Of a DNA stretch of 64,000 bases, positions 26,221 through 40,404 are shown piece by piece (the stretch's first letter is position 1; each line of letters begins with the position of its first letter). The notes beneath the pieces were generated by a model. It had not been told where the DNA came from and searched no databases. It saw only the letters and a program-made list of their open reading frames with translations. The position numbers were made by a program, and so were the translations under genes. The stretch is taken from NCBI GenBank assembly GCA_964016885.1, contig CAXHJY010000830.1, forward strand, positions 196,844 to 260,843. The letters are read 5' to 3'. The DNA is from Eledone cirrhosa. Taxonomy: Eukaryota.

Positions 26221-27094
26221 GAGCAACAAGGACAAAAAAATAAGTTCCAAAGGAATACAATTTTGAACAAAAGCTTGCTAATTCAGAAACCATTAGACTA
26301 ATGGTAATTACAGAAAGTTAAAGAACAGCATTTCAACATGCAAGTGGTTGTAATAAATTAGAAAATGAAAGTTTGTCAACTAGTTACATGCCTTGTTTTT
26401 AAATCAAAAACTGCAATCTATAACATTTTTTCAGTGTGGTAACTGCTCTTATGAGAAGTATTGAACTAAATCAGAGTTCAAGTCCTTTTTGCGCTGAAAA
26501 AAAGATGAAGATTTGACAAGGTGTAAGCATGGGATTCCCGTAAGGAGTCATCGGAGCTGGTGAGACTTAAGCACTTGTAAATTTAGGAAAGTCTTTAGTT
26601 TGTGAGCTTTTCATAACTAATATGTAGAGTTCTGCCGAAGAGGGTTGTGGGGTGCCTTCAGTAATGGCACAACAATCCCTCAAGTGATGATGCTGCAAAA
26701 GACACACCTAATATACACTGTAAATTAGTTGGTAATAGGAAAGATATTCAGATGTAGTTCAAAGAAACTCTGTAATGATGTGATCACCTCTCTAGTGTTA
26801 GTACCATAATAAAGCACACCCAGTACACAGTATTGAGTATGGGTACATATGTAAGTGAGATGCAGCCCCCTGATCTGTATGAGAAGTTAGTAGCTCTAGC
26901 TAAGTAATGACATTGTTTGTGGCAACCTGTCCAACCCTTGTTAACAGATGAAACAGATGATGGCTCTTTCTTTTGTTACAAACAACATGTGTGCAATTAG
27001 AAAGATATTTAGTTGCAATTCCTTACACATAAAAACAGAACACAGAGACACACATGCAGTTACACAATGAATAGAGCCATGTGTTTACCAATAT

Positions 27095-27128
<34 letters not shown>

Positions 27129-27469
27129 TATACATACATGACCTTAGGCAGTACAATTTTAGTTCATCTAAGCAGGATATTTAATCATTGGGAGTTTATG
27201 ACTTACCAGGTAAACAACAGCAACAGATACCCACAAATCCAAATATACAAACTAACTCATATACACAAACTCCAAATAGGATCTTGCTTTCAATTTGTTT
27301 ACTACATTCAGAAGAAAGTAATATATCTATGTATATAGGCTACTCTGTTTGGCTAAAGCAATTGACCGAAACGCCATTTCAAAATTTGCTCATATCGTTC
27401 ATATTTCTTGCACTGCTCCACATATAGAATATGACACAATGAGCACAAACTGTTCTGATGTTATATCTA

Positions 27470-28520
27470 TCAGAAAGAATGCAGAGAAAATAGGAAATTC
27501 AATGTAGCAAGCTACCAGAATAAGTGTGACACAAGTGAGATAGTCGCGTGCAAATTAATGGAACAAATGGGGAAGGTATTAATATTGTGGAGGGAGGACT
27601 TGAACCAAAAAGACATTTCATTAAGTCAAGCTATCATATATGATAAGGGAAAGTCTGTTTTATATGAACTGAAAGAGGAAGAAGGTGAATATGAAATGTG
27701 TGTAGGTAGTAATGGCTAGTTTTCTGGCAAAGTGTTGCACAAAGTGTCATGTTGTTAAGATAACTGGTGAACTTGCATTTGCAGATATAGAAATAGCTAA
27801 ACATTCCATACAAATATTCTAAGCTATTTTACAGAGTGATAAATATCCCGAGAATCCTATTCTCAATGTAGGTGAAACAGGGTTATATTGAAAGAGAATG
27901 TCTTTAAAAACCTTCATTTTTTTTTAAACAAAGCCTGTAACTAGGATTTGAAGTTCCCCAAAAAATAGACTAATGTTCCCTTCATAATTAGTGTTAGTAT
28001 TTCCAGAACGAAGAAATTGAGGTCAATGTTGATCTATCCTGTGGAAACAACTCATGCAGTGATGGAGTTAAATAAGTTACGATTGCTTATTAACTGGAAG
28101 TTGGAGAAGAACATAAAACAAACCATTTCGGTATTGTTGTATATGGTTTGCCATCCAAAGTTACTCTTCTGTTAGACCAGACTCCTGGCCATCCTCCCCG
28201 AAGTTCAAACAAAGCATAAAGTTAACGTAAATTACATGCCCCATATAAATATTCTAGCAATTATCAAGAAAATAGCTAATGTGCAAGACCCAAAACCTGC
28301 CATGAAAGAGTAAGTTTACTGTTTACTGACTGTCATTTAATGCTTTAAAATGCTATCCACATTATTGATATGACATGGAAAACAATCACTAAAAATTGCT
28401 TGAATGCAATTTTGGAGGAGATTTTATCCAAGTCAAGAAACAACTTTCAAGTATTTGGGTCTGCAGAAGAGAGCATTGCAATTATTAAAAAACGTCCAAG
28501 TTAGCAGTAGAGGCTTGATT
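27470..28520 (+). mobile_element. Decayed Tigger/pogo-type transposase remnant
   Basis: Translates KITGELAFAD, LNVGETGLY*KRM (27862-27900; cf. FNxDETGLFWKRMP) and LLLDQTPGHP (about 28162-28196; cf. LLxLDNAPGHP). TIRs not found. Confidence 0.75.
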
Positions 28521-30136
28521 GAATGTAGTTACAGAAGAATGTGATATTAATCTATGAGAGGAAAGGAAAAGAATTAACTCTTTCTACAGAAGAATAAGCA
28601 GACTTGGCAAACCACCTTGACACAGAAATAAATGAGAAGAAATATGAGCCAGCATGTGTTGTCAAGATAATAACAATAAATATGTTAATGCTCAGTCTTT
28701 GAATGAGGAATATTTTGAGGTGGATCGAGGCTGGAAGCAAATTAATTTACTTAAGAGGAGTTTAAATGAAACTTTAACACCTTACTATGATGATTTCAAA
28801 ATAAAAGCCATAACCCATTAGTATCACAGTGTTCCCCATGCTATCAGAGGTCACACCTCTCCTCTTACTCATTACCCCATCAAATTCCACCACCCTATCA
28901 TACTTGCCATATAGCCAAGATACCATTTTTATAATCCATTTTACCCCAAGTCTATCATACTGTCTTTCGCTCACTATATATATAGGGTAGAAAAGGCTCT
29001 TCAGCTGAGTAAATATGACCAACAACCTCAAAAATTCCATGAAAAAATGTACCCAATACAGGAGGTAGTGACCAGAAGGGTACTGCTGTAAAAATACCAT
29101 ACAACGGTAATGTCAAGGGCATGACAGCCTTTCTAGTTTGGGTGAACTATATGATAAACACATTCTGTAAAATGGTTTGTGAGAGGAAGGGCCTCAAGCT
29201 GTAGAAAACATGCCAAAGGGTCATGAGTATAAAATCCCTAGTTTTGATAATTTACACTATATACTTTATGAAGTGGCTGGGGTTAGGGAGGGTATCTAAC
29301 CATAGAAAACATGCCAGACAAAAAAGTCAAAAGGACTCTTCCACTGTGCCAAAAACATGATATCCTCCCTAGCGTTGATGATCTACAAGATAAATGCACC
29401 CAGTATGCTCTGTAAAATGATAGGTGATAAGAAAGACCTCTAGCTGTAGAAAACTTACCAGTCGAATATTACAGAACTAACTTGCTAAAATAAACAATTT
29501 TTTTTCTTTTCAATAACCATTGATTAAAATGTTTTCTTAAGCTTCAGTTATTCCTGAGATACTAGAGCACACTCAAACAAGCAATGAAGCAAAGAAATAA
29601 GATAAAAACAAAGACACCTAATTTGTTGATTTTATGTTGGATGTGTTCAACTTGGATAGGAGGAATGGTGGGTATCATTATAAAACACAATAAGAAAGTA
29701 ATAAGATAGTTTTTGTGTGTGTATATGAGTGTGAGAGTGAATGAGTATATATATATGTGTGTGTATATATTTAGATAAAAATACTACAGGTTCTTTCAAG
29801 CTATCAAAACCATAAAAATTATTAATCTCTCCAAATAATTTCAAATAAAGAGTAATATTTTCTCTTCAGAATTAAATCGTCTAATGTATTTTTATTTGAA
29901 TAATTGGAATTAAATTATTTTCCTTTACATGAAAACATTTTGAAATTAAGTTTTATATTCTGCTGATAATATTTCAGATAAATGACAGAGGATTAGCAGA
30001 GTCCATAGAGCAGCAATGAAAATGTCCCGCGGTATTGTGTTATGTTTCTCTCACATTCTAAGTTCGAAACCTATCATGGCCTATTTTGCAGCTACTAGCT
30101 TATTTCACATTGTTGTGTGATCCATAGAGTAGTAAA

Positions 30137-30345
30137 TTGGCAGTATTGGTAGAAATTCAGATAACATATTTTGCAGCATATAGTTCAAACCTCTTTATGG
30201 TCTGAGCTCAACTCTCGCCATGGTTAGCTTTGCCTTTCATCCTTAAAAGGTTGATAAAATAGAGTACCATTAATATACTGGGTCGATTTAATCAACTTTC
30301 CCCTCCTCTCATATTGTTGGCCATGTTCCTAAATCAGAATCTATC
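30137..30345 (+). mobile_element. Older S1-related SINE
   Basis: ttggcagtattggtaga...ctttgcctttcatcc..ggttgataaaatagagtacc...ggccatgttcctaaa. Confidence 0.7.
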
Positions 30346-30369
30346 ATTGTGGGATCTATACAATAAGTA

Positions 30370-30820
30370 TATCGACTATTTGTGCCACTTCTTACCTATG
30401 ATCATGAATGTTGGATAATAACTGAAGGAATACGGGGTTCCCCTGGAGGGTCTTTGGAGTAATATTACTTTTGAGAGTGCATAGCTCAGAGATAAGAGAA
30501 TCACTCCAGGTAGAGCTGACACTTCTCTGAATTCAAAAATCACAGTTCTAATATTACAGACATGTGGTTAGACTGTCTCAGAAAAGAATCACTGGACATA
30601 TTCTATGGGAAAAACCAACTGGCAGGAGACCCAGGTGTAGAGCTTCAGCAAGATGTTTGGATAACACCCATAAGCTCAGCTGGTCTCACTTGGAGCTCCA
30701 GCCAGATTAATTGGAGACAGTTGCTTCTGGCAGGACTGCTGGAAGGACCACCCCAACAACTCTCTCAGGAATAAGGAGGTGAAGAAGAAGATGAAGGAGG
30801 AGGACAAGAAGATAAAGAAG
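30370..30820 (+). mobile_element. Old RTE ORF C-terminal remnant (third RTE family)
   Basis: Translates LTYDHECWIITE and SEIRESLQVELTLL*IQKSQF*YYRHVVRL...PTGRRPRCR; GAA-rich tail. Confidence 0.6.
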
Positions 30821-33454
30821 ACTATACCTCTTCCTCAAAATATGTGAATTTGAATGTTTATTTTACAAATCAGTGTTGTGAAAATGTAATTCATCATTTA
30901 TCTGATAAATGAAAAACAGTTTTAAAGCCATACAATAAAATTAAACATTTTATTCTGTAATGTGGCTTGTGTTCAGAAGGGCATTCAGATATAAAATCAT
31001 GCCCCAAAATGTATCTATGAGTATAGTGTGGTTTCCCACAGTCTAGAAGGACAGTAATTCCAAAAACCATGCTGACCAGCGCTGGCAAACTCATGCCAGC
31101 ATAGATAAGCAAACATAAAATGATGTTCGCAATAAATTCAGTCCTTGGTTCACTAAAAATATTTCAAATGAATCCTGAAATTAAGATTTGGAGAATGGGA
31201 AACTTTGAGGTTCATGTGTACATTACATGCATTTTACCTAAGATAACAGCACATATTACAGGATGAAAAGAGGAGATATAACAATAAGACATTGAAAAAG
31301 AAAATTTTTCCTTAAACTCTTGATACCAGTATATCTATATATCTCTATAGAAAGAATGACAAAAATCATTGTTGGTTTAAAGTAACACACCACTTTATTA
31401 GTAAATACATAAAGATTTGAATAAAAAATATTTTACAAAATTAGATAAATTTGAAAATATAGTATGTACACCCTTAAAAAATATAAAATTCATGCTTAAA
31501 CTGACTTTAAGTTTTAAAAAATAGTGCCATTTTGTGATATATGCTTTTACATTTCTTTGATACCAGTGAAAGTAAAGTAACTTTAGTTGATCTCCAACAT
31601 GGGAAAAACAAGTTTTCTGTTACGTAAACCAAAATTTATTAATTTTATTTATTTATTTATTATTAGGTATAGTTGTAGTTACATTAATACCTATCTATTA
31701 CTTTCCAAGTTTTCAATACATATGATAAAAAAAAACCCCACATCCTTGTGCTTGTTCAGCTTAATGTCAAAGTTTAGATACTTATATTAAAAAAGAGAGA
31801 TGGAATTTTCTAGTGTGCAAAGACTGTGAGTGCACACTGAAAATATTGAAATTTTCACTTAGAGCTTAAGTGTAAATAGCATAGAAAGAAAGTAAAATTC
31901 TGAATTGTCATATGATGTCAACATAGCAATATGTGAAGTAAATGAAACTATGAGAAAGTGTGTTGTAATGGAACAGCAAAGAGCTGGACTAGGATCAATA
32001 CAATCTCAGGATCATGGATATAATAAAGAGGTTATGACTGCTGAATTTTGGCCAAGTATACATAGCATGGTTAATGCACCAATACATCAACCAGATGACA
32101 TTTTAAGATGTTTCTCACTTTTGCAATATTATGGCTTTTATATTTTTCTTCTTTTTTTTTCTCCATATTTTGTTTCTACATATGTTCTCTGTATCTGTAA
32201 TTGTACTTAGTTATAAAATGATGTATTTGTCAATCAATCCAAGAATACCTCCCAGAAAAATGCGATTACAAACAAGAAGTTAGTATTTAACAAATATTTA
32301 ATGGGTATGTGTATATTCTTAGCTGACTGTTGCTTAGCATTAGATCATTATTTTTATCAAGTAGACCTGTTATCAAAGGTATTCCAGACACCACCATCTA
32401 AATGTTCTTTAGACCTTATCAAATATGTATTTCTTCTTTAAAAACAAAGGTGTTATTTAAAGAAGATTTGGCTGCTATTTTTAACAGATTGAGCAACTAT
32501 GTACATTTCTTTCTTGGCTCTGTTAGTTGATTGGTTGAGATAGTCAGCATCTCGCACTTGCAATGATAACATCTTTATATTCTAGAACAAAATTTTTTTT
32601 TTCCCTTTACAAGACCTAATTATAAATTAAGAATGCTTAAAGAGAATCAACACAATGCATATGCCAGGAAATGCAACACAGTAAATTTACAAATGCAATC
32701 TTGATCAGCACAACCGTGCTAATAATATGCAAGTGGCATTCAAATAAGCAATGCATAATCATGTTAAAATGTTTATTTTGAGATCAATAATATAAACAAC
32801 AGATTCTTTTAACTACAAAATCCTGCTGAAAACAGATAAAATTCAAGACTACAAATCTATAAACTTCAAATAAAGATGGACTGTTAAAGATATCTATGCT
32901 TCCAACAAATTTCTCAACCACATTATTTGCAGGAACATATTATTAAAAATTTAAAAAAGGTTCCTTGCTTAATGAAATATGGATGATGACCTTTTTTTTT
33001 TTATTTACCAAGTTATCATTTCCATTGATATTTGTCAATATTTTGCCCTCTACTTCAAACAATTTCAAATTCATTGCCAACGAATATTCATATTCAGTTT
33101 TAATGTTTGAAAAAAATGATAAGCAAAATTTGTCATTTTCTATTGATATTTATAAAGATGAACCAGAATATTTTTTTGTGAATTAATATTTCAGTAATTC
33201 AAGGATTTGTAATTATTAATTTTGAGATGGGCATATATATCTTTCTGTGTTGATATAGATTTGAAAATTGGAAAATAATTCAGGAATTTTAATTTTTTGT
33301 CTTTCTAACTTGATTAAAAGCTTCTTGGGGAAAATTGATAACTTTCTGAATAACATTTATGATAAATTTATGATAAATTTATGATAATCCCTGATGTAGT
33401 TCATGTAAAACATGTTCAATAAGGTATATCACATATGTAATACACAAGATACAT

Positions 33455-33732
33455 GCATGGTGGATGCTAAAGTAGTTTGCTTCACAACCCTTCAGCCTGC
33501 TACCAGTGAATGGACATTGTGTAAGTGCACTCTAGTATAACTCTGGATTAACAAATGCCTTTTGAGTGAAATTGGGTCAACAGAAACTGTCAGGAAGCCT
33601 GTATGTGTGTCCATATTGCAGTTCAACAAATAGAAATTGATAAGCTAAGCATCAGACATTAAAATAAGTAATGAGGCTAATTGAGAGGTGGTGCCGTAGC
33701 ATGGCTCCAGTTGAATGACTTTAAACCAGTTG
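33455..33732 (+). mobile_element. Decayed S3 SINE with a CR1/L2-type 3' tail
   Basis: Ends ggtggtgccgtagcatggctccagttgaatgactttaaaccagt, similar to the LINE 3' end at 54695-54755. Confidence 0.55.
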
Positions 33733-34073
33733 AAAAATAATATTAAAACAAAATACTCGTCTAACTTTTAAAGGAATCAAGATGCTGAATGAGACTAATT
33801 ATTTGTAGCTACATATTATATAAACCAGTTGTTCTCATATTTTTCATAGAAGTCTCATACTATTTTCCAAAAAATCACTCATACTTATATTTCAAGATGA
33901 GGCACCATCAATATAATTTTAATAGATAAAATGAAACAAGAGAAAATTTATTCATATAAAAAAAAACATTTTATATTAAATTTATAAAAAGAAACTTTAT
34001 CTCACAGAACCCACATTGGGAAATACTAATAGAGACAGACAGACTGACATAGATAAATGGCAAATAGTTAATA

Positions 34074-34162
34074 ATTGTTTCTACTTTTGGCACAAGGCCA
34101 GCAATTACCCAGTGAATTACTGGTACTTTATTTTATCGACCCCGTAAGGATGAAAGGCAAAA
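34074..34162 (-). mobile_element. S1 SINE 3' fragment
   Basis: Reverse complement of the S1 3' end. Confidence 0.85.
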
Positions 34163-34869
34163 AACATGAGGAGAAAGGCAAACATTGCTGATTTTAAAGC
34201 ATTTATAAAATCACAAAATGTATTGCTGATATACAGAATTTAGCAAGCAAAGACTTTATTCATTAGATTCCAGCATAAAATATTATGAGTTTTCCATAAT
34301 CACTAAGGTAGATTTGATTGAAAAAAGTTATCTTCTTCATTTATGTGTTCAATATAAACAAAAAAATACACTAATTAAAATTATTTCCCAAATTCCTCAG
34401 GGTATTTATAAGCTGTAATGTAACAGTGGTTCATTATTTAAAAACATATTTCACAGATTAAATATAAATATATAAAAATATATAAATATAACCAACTATT
34501 CATTTTGATTCACTAAAAAAATGAAATTTGCTGGTTCAGAGATATTTGTATTGCATAAAACTGAAGATTCTTACATACAAATATATATTCACTCACAATA
34601 ATGTTTATAATACAGAAACTATGTAATATGATGGTTGCAGCTTAATAGCATCTGTCTTCTCCGTACCAGTTGTTGGTGTGTATCAGCGGCTGGTTTATGC
34701 AATATAGGAATGTGGATTGGTGGTTGGTTTAATATGAAATAAAGGTACAAGTTAATGGTTGGTTTAACAGAAAATATGGATGGTGTATGGGGTTGAGTTG
34801 AGGCATTTACTTTATATCTGGCTCATATTCATAGGTTAGGACAATCAACAGTCTTATGTGTATACATAA

Positions 34870-34916
<47 letters not shown>

Positions 34917-37877
34917 CACACACACGCACAGATGTATGCACATACATATATACACACACATTCATATAAACATATACACTGATAGAGATATTTATTACAG
35001 AAAATATGCTTTAACCCTTGTATAAAACTATTCACAGAATATTTAAATCAGTATGCCCTATGAATTATATGATTCAGAAGGTAATAGCTCATGCTGTACA
35101 AAATAGAATATAAGAATTGTTAGTCTAAAATTTCACAGTATCAGATCATGAAATAAAATACAGCTGTTTAGGTAGCACACTGTTTGCTGTCAGCAAATGG
35201 GTTAAATTTGATATGCTTATAGTGAAGCATGAAATTGTAAAATAGATTTAATGTAGATGAGCAGAAGAATTTGGTAACAGCGAGGCATTTGCAATAGCTT
35301 TCAATACATATATAAATGTGTTATATCTATAGTTAGTGATAAAATTCTTGTGAGCTAGTGATGAAATATGGTAACAATATGCCATGTGAAATAAGAAATG
35401 GAATGTTTACAATAACACTGAATTTGAGAACAGTCCAATACAACTGGGAATATTATCTCAGGTGTGAGGGAAATACCGGAATTGGTATGGAACCAGAATT
35501 AGTTGCTAATTTATTTTGCCAAATACATCAAAAAATATTTATTACCTTATATCAATAACATTATAGTCATCCCTCTTGTGTTTTCCTACACACTTATAGC
35601 TTTAGTTAAGCTATATGCAAAATAACAACAAACTGATTTGTTGAACTGTTGTTTATTTCATGATAAACATTGACAAATCTAAGAAAGAGCAATCTACCTC
35701 TAAAGTCCAGGTCTTTTTACCTGCCTCACCAGAAGTTCATTTTCTGCAGACCAATTCAATAACAAGTCTGCAATAAAGGTCCTTCATCAAGAGTTCATCT
35801 TTTACTAGCTCACAGGCAATACTCTACATAGTGTCCCCTCAGAATTGTTGACTGTCATTAGAATCGATAAGGTCTTTTTACCCGCCGACCTATGCATGTA
35901 GTTAGTAGGCTCTTTGGTGACTGTTCTTCATCAGGTGTTGGTGTAACTTGCCTAAAATGATTGGTGATAGGAAAAGCAATTAGCTGTAAAAATCATGCAA
36001 ACAACATAACATTACACAACAAAGGTGGCCTATTGTCTCTCCATGTTTGAAATTCTAGATGATGAAGGGCTTGTGACAAATAGCAAAATCCTGAGTGTTA
36101 TCCAAACCATGCCATCATTGAAAACCAACCATAACATTGTAATGATTATGACACTATTAAGTTACATAAACAATAAACGATGCTAGAAAACAATTTATTC
36201 TCTCATGAAAAACTGAATCCTTAAAAGACATATGGTAAGATTGAGTATGACAGTTTCCATAAGACTAACTAGATAAATGTATTCCAAGATGGAATCAAAT
36301 CATAGCTTCCTTCAAGAGTTCAATATTTTACAGCTGCTAACAAGGAATTGGAATATAGAATAACATTTCCACATTATCTCTATATTCTATTGCAAAAGCT
36401 GCAATGTTAAGGATTAATGGAAACATTGCAGCAATATTTTTGGAAAACTCCTAAAGATGTGGTGCTCACATCAATGACTATAGTTAAGTGTGATCGCAGC
36501 TGTGTTCTCTATCAATAATTGCATTTACATATACTTAATTTATGAATAGTTGATATCAATTAGCATTTAGGTGTCGAGTTCTGGAGTTTAAACTACTAGT
36601 TTTAAAATTCTGAATGGATTAATTATGAGATATCTCACTCACCACAGTAGCTTCTAGTCTTTTGTAGTTTACTATCAGATAGTATGGTTTCCATTTCAGA
36701 ATATCTACTCTCCTAAATATGTAGCCTTTACCATAGCTTATATAAATTCCTTTGCTTAGTGATAAGGAAAAATATTGATGGAGTTAACAACAGTAAAAAG
36801 TACAATAGTAACGAAATAGATGAATTAAGAAATATCCTTACAAACATCAACATCAGTCTAGAGAATTCATGCGTTAAATTCAAAAATCTTTTGTAGAATG
36901 AACAATAAATAGAGTTTTGTTGTGAAATAACTCATTCAAAAAGAGAGAATATATTTTGTTTCCACAATACATTGAAAAATTATTTATTAGTCCAATAATT
37001 CAGCAGATGAATATGAAACTGTAGCAAACAATGCATTTAAGACATTTATAGGATATGAACGGTACTAATGAAAGTCTAATATAAAGAAGAAACTGGTAGA
37101 AATAATGTAAAAAGAAAGAGTTGGGGGATACTTGAATAATTTATTGCAAGACTTTAGAAACTTCTGTATGCTATTTTTTTCTCCTCACTTTTTCTCTCAC
37201 GCTCCTCACCACTCATATAAATATTACAAAATTATATCAGTTTACTATAAAACTATACAATCTTGAAATTAGCTTAAACATCAAATCATATTGAAGTGGT
37301 TTCAATAGATATATATAAAAATATGTACTCTCAACATAGACAATTTATTTAATTTCTAAAAAAATGTCTTTCTTTACTCATAGCATTAGTATCAGCATAT
37401 GAAAAAAGGGAACAGGAAAATAGTGCAGACAAAGAGATGTAGGAATAAAAACAGAGAGGAAAAAGTGATAAACAAAGATAGAACAGAAAGAAAAAAAGAC
37501 ATACACATAGAAGATGAGAATAGTATGTAAAAGTAGGCAATAAATAAATGAAAAGAGAGAAAAATAAGGAGAGAACAGAAAAGCCAATCATCAATTTGGC
37601 AATAAAACCTTAACTATTCCTTATGTATATAACAATTGAAATTGTTTCAAGAATCCTCCTGAGTACCACAGCTATAATAAGTAAATTATGAAGACAATTT
37701 AATTTAATTTCAGTAAAGACTGCTACATTTAACATAATCTGCACTGAGCATACTAGATTATACTGTCAACATTATATTTATAATCTATTTGTCTTTTCTT
37801 AGTTTACACTAATATAACATTTGTCTACAAATATATATGTATATATATATATATGTATATATATATACATATATATA

Positions 37878-38083
37878 TAGGAACAAGTATGACCCCGACG
37901 GCAGAGCTCAAGCCGTTTCGACGGCTAATTCTGGACATAGTAACAGTCCAGAATTAGCCGTCGACACGGTTTCAGCTCTGCCGTCGAGGGTCATTCTTGT
38001 TCCTATTACCCATTCTACTACCCTAAGTATTGAGTACTTTGGTGCATTATGGTCCATCTGGTTCGTCACCACATTTCCTTTGT

Positions 38084-38086
<3 letters not shown>
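37878..38086. repeat. Foldback element: 128-nt hairpin plus about 80-bp extension, embedded in (TA)n
   Basis: Arms 37878-37936 and 37946-38005 with a 9-nt loop; the extension recurs at 60625-60723. Confidence 0.9.
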
Positions 38087-38128
<42 letters not shown>

Positions 38129-38133
<5 letters not shown>

Positions 38134-38476
38134 TCATCATCATCATTTCATTTTACGTCTGCTTTTTCCCTGCTTGCAAGGGTGGGACAGGAACTGATTT
38201 TGGCTTGATTTCTACAGCCGGATGCCCTTCCTAACACCAACCTCATTTACAGTGAGTGCTGGGTGCTTTTTTTGCCGTGGCACCTCCACGACCACTTTGC
38301 AGTGGAATGATATGGACCCCAGTCCCTATCATCTCATTTCTACAGCTGAGTAAATTGGAGCAATGTGAAATAAAGTGTCTTGCTCAAGGAAACAACACAT
38401 CACCCGGTCTGAGAATTGAACTCACAACCTTTCGATTGCAAGGCCAATGCTCTAACCACTAAGCCATGTGCCTCCA
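38129..38476 (-). mobile_element. tRNA-derived CORE-like SINE (family S2) with an RTE-derived 3' tail
   Basis: Head TGGAGGCACATGGCTTAGTGGTTAGAGC...GTGAGTTCAATTCTC (A and B boxes); CORE-like tccttgagcaagacact; the 3' part matches the RTE family A 3' UTR; (GAT)n tail. Confidence 0.85.
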
Positions 38477-38485
38477 TTATATATA

Positions 38486-39258
38486 GAAGTGGTTACACAA
38501 CAGTTAGTTCACCATACTGAGTACAATTGTTTCACCTTAGCGGATCCTCAGCTTGTAATGGGCATGGTTATACAGAACAGGAAGGACAGCCGTACGAACG
38601 CGCATACGCAGAAACCCGTCATTTCACACAGGTAATGCTAAAATGCGTGCTAGAATGTGTAAGGGAAATAACTGCTAAAGTCCGAAAAGTTTTTAGTTGA
38701 TAAGAAAAAATATTGATGTTGTTACAATAATTCATTCAACCCGGAGCTTTGTAGCTATGCAATAGGTGTTTCGAGACGTGTGGACGACGTGTGAAAAATT
38801 CATATCTCGTGTTTAGGCAATCACTATTGCATAATCTCTTTAGAATATTTATTCGTTCGACAATACACAGTCCACACGAGGGATTTCCCCTTGCATATGG
38901 CTTGGACTTAGTGATGGCTGTCCATCTCGAGGAGTTACTTTCCCTGAAACCACCCTCTAATTAGTAAGGTAAGTATGTCCTTTGGCAGCCATCTTGTTAC
39001 CTATAGGCAGATCTCACACAATGCAGCCTCTACAGATGAATACTGCTTGATTATGGCTGACAACTGATGCAACCAAGACACCATAGTGAAAAAGCAATAT
39101 ATGGAACATTATATTATGTAACATTCTCTCATTATTTTAATTTATATTCCTTTGAAGTTGCGATGAGCTGCTCTGTTTTTTAAATATGTTAATTATTTTC
39201 AACTGAACCAGATCCATCATGATATATAAGTCATCTGATCCAGAAATATTATATGGAG
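38486..39258 (-). mobile_element. Probable Penelope-like element 3' UTR/pLTR fragment
   Basis: CpG-retaining island bounded by TA repeats with a hammerhead near its minus-strand 3' end; no convincing ORF. Confidence 0.5.
38520..38553 (-). ncRNA. Minimal type I hammerhead ribozyme
   Basis: Minus strand: ag-CTGAGGA-tccgctaaggt-GAAA-caattg-TA-ct, with a palindromic stem III. Confidence 0.7.
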
Positions 39259-39349
39259 TATATATATATATATGTATATATATATATACATATATATATA
39301 CATATATATACATACATATATATACATATATATACATACATATATATAC

Positions 39350-39402
<53 letters not shown>

Positions 39403-39457
39403 CATATATATATACATACATATATATACATATATATATATACATATATATACATAC

Positions 39458-39490
<33 letters not shown>

Positions 39491-39636
39491 CATATATATA
39501 CATACATATATATACATATATATATATACATACATATATATACATATATATATATACATACATATACATATATATATACATATATATATATACATACATA
39601 TATATACATATATATATATACATATATATATACATA

Positions 39637-39668
<32 letters not shown>

Positions 39669-39717
39669 CATATATATACATATATATATATATATATACA
39701 TACATATATGTACATAC

Positions 39718-39754
<37 letters not shown>

Positions 39755-39755
39755 C

Positions 39756-39792
<37 letters not shown>

Positions 39793-39793
39793 C

Positions 39794-39834
<41 letters not shown>

Positions 39835-39926
39835 CATACATATATATACATACATACATATACATATACATACATACATATATATACATACATACATATA
39901 CATACATATATATATATACATACATA

Positions 39927-39984
<58 letters not shown>

Positions 39985-40094
39985 CATATATATACATACA
40001 TATATATATATACATATATATATACATACATATATATATATACATATATATATACATACATATATATATATACATATATATATATACATACATA

Positions 40095-40178
<84 letters not shown>

Positions 40179-40187
40179 CATATATAT

Positions 40188-40231
<44 letters not shown>

Positions 40232-40253
40232 GCATATATATATATATACATAC

Positions 40254-40301
<48 letters not shown>

Positions 40302-40347
40302 GCATATATATATATATACATACATATATATATACATATATATATAC

Positions 40348-40378
<31 letters not shown>

Positions 40379-40404
40379 CATACATACATATATATATACA
40401 TATA
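39259..40404. repeat. (TA)n/(TACA)n compound microsatellite, about 1.1 kb
   Basis: Direct reading of the sequence. Confidence 0.95.

Noticed and set aside
29453-29500. Minus-strand 26-nt microexon candidate
   Set aside because: Donor lies at the end of a decayed repeat and the length is not a multiple of three.
33826-34028. Second hAT-like MITE
   Set aside because: Termini only loosely complementary and no convincing 8-bp TSD.
37955-37990. Degenerate hammerhead (ctcgacgg...gaaaccgtgtc) within the hairpin arm
   Set aside because: The CUGANGA box is absent; similarity may be chance.
38400-38476. Functional tRNA gene
   Set aside because: Acceptor and anticodon stems are broken and it continues into a SINE body, so it is a SINE head.
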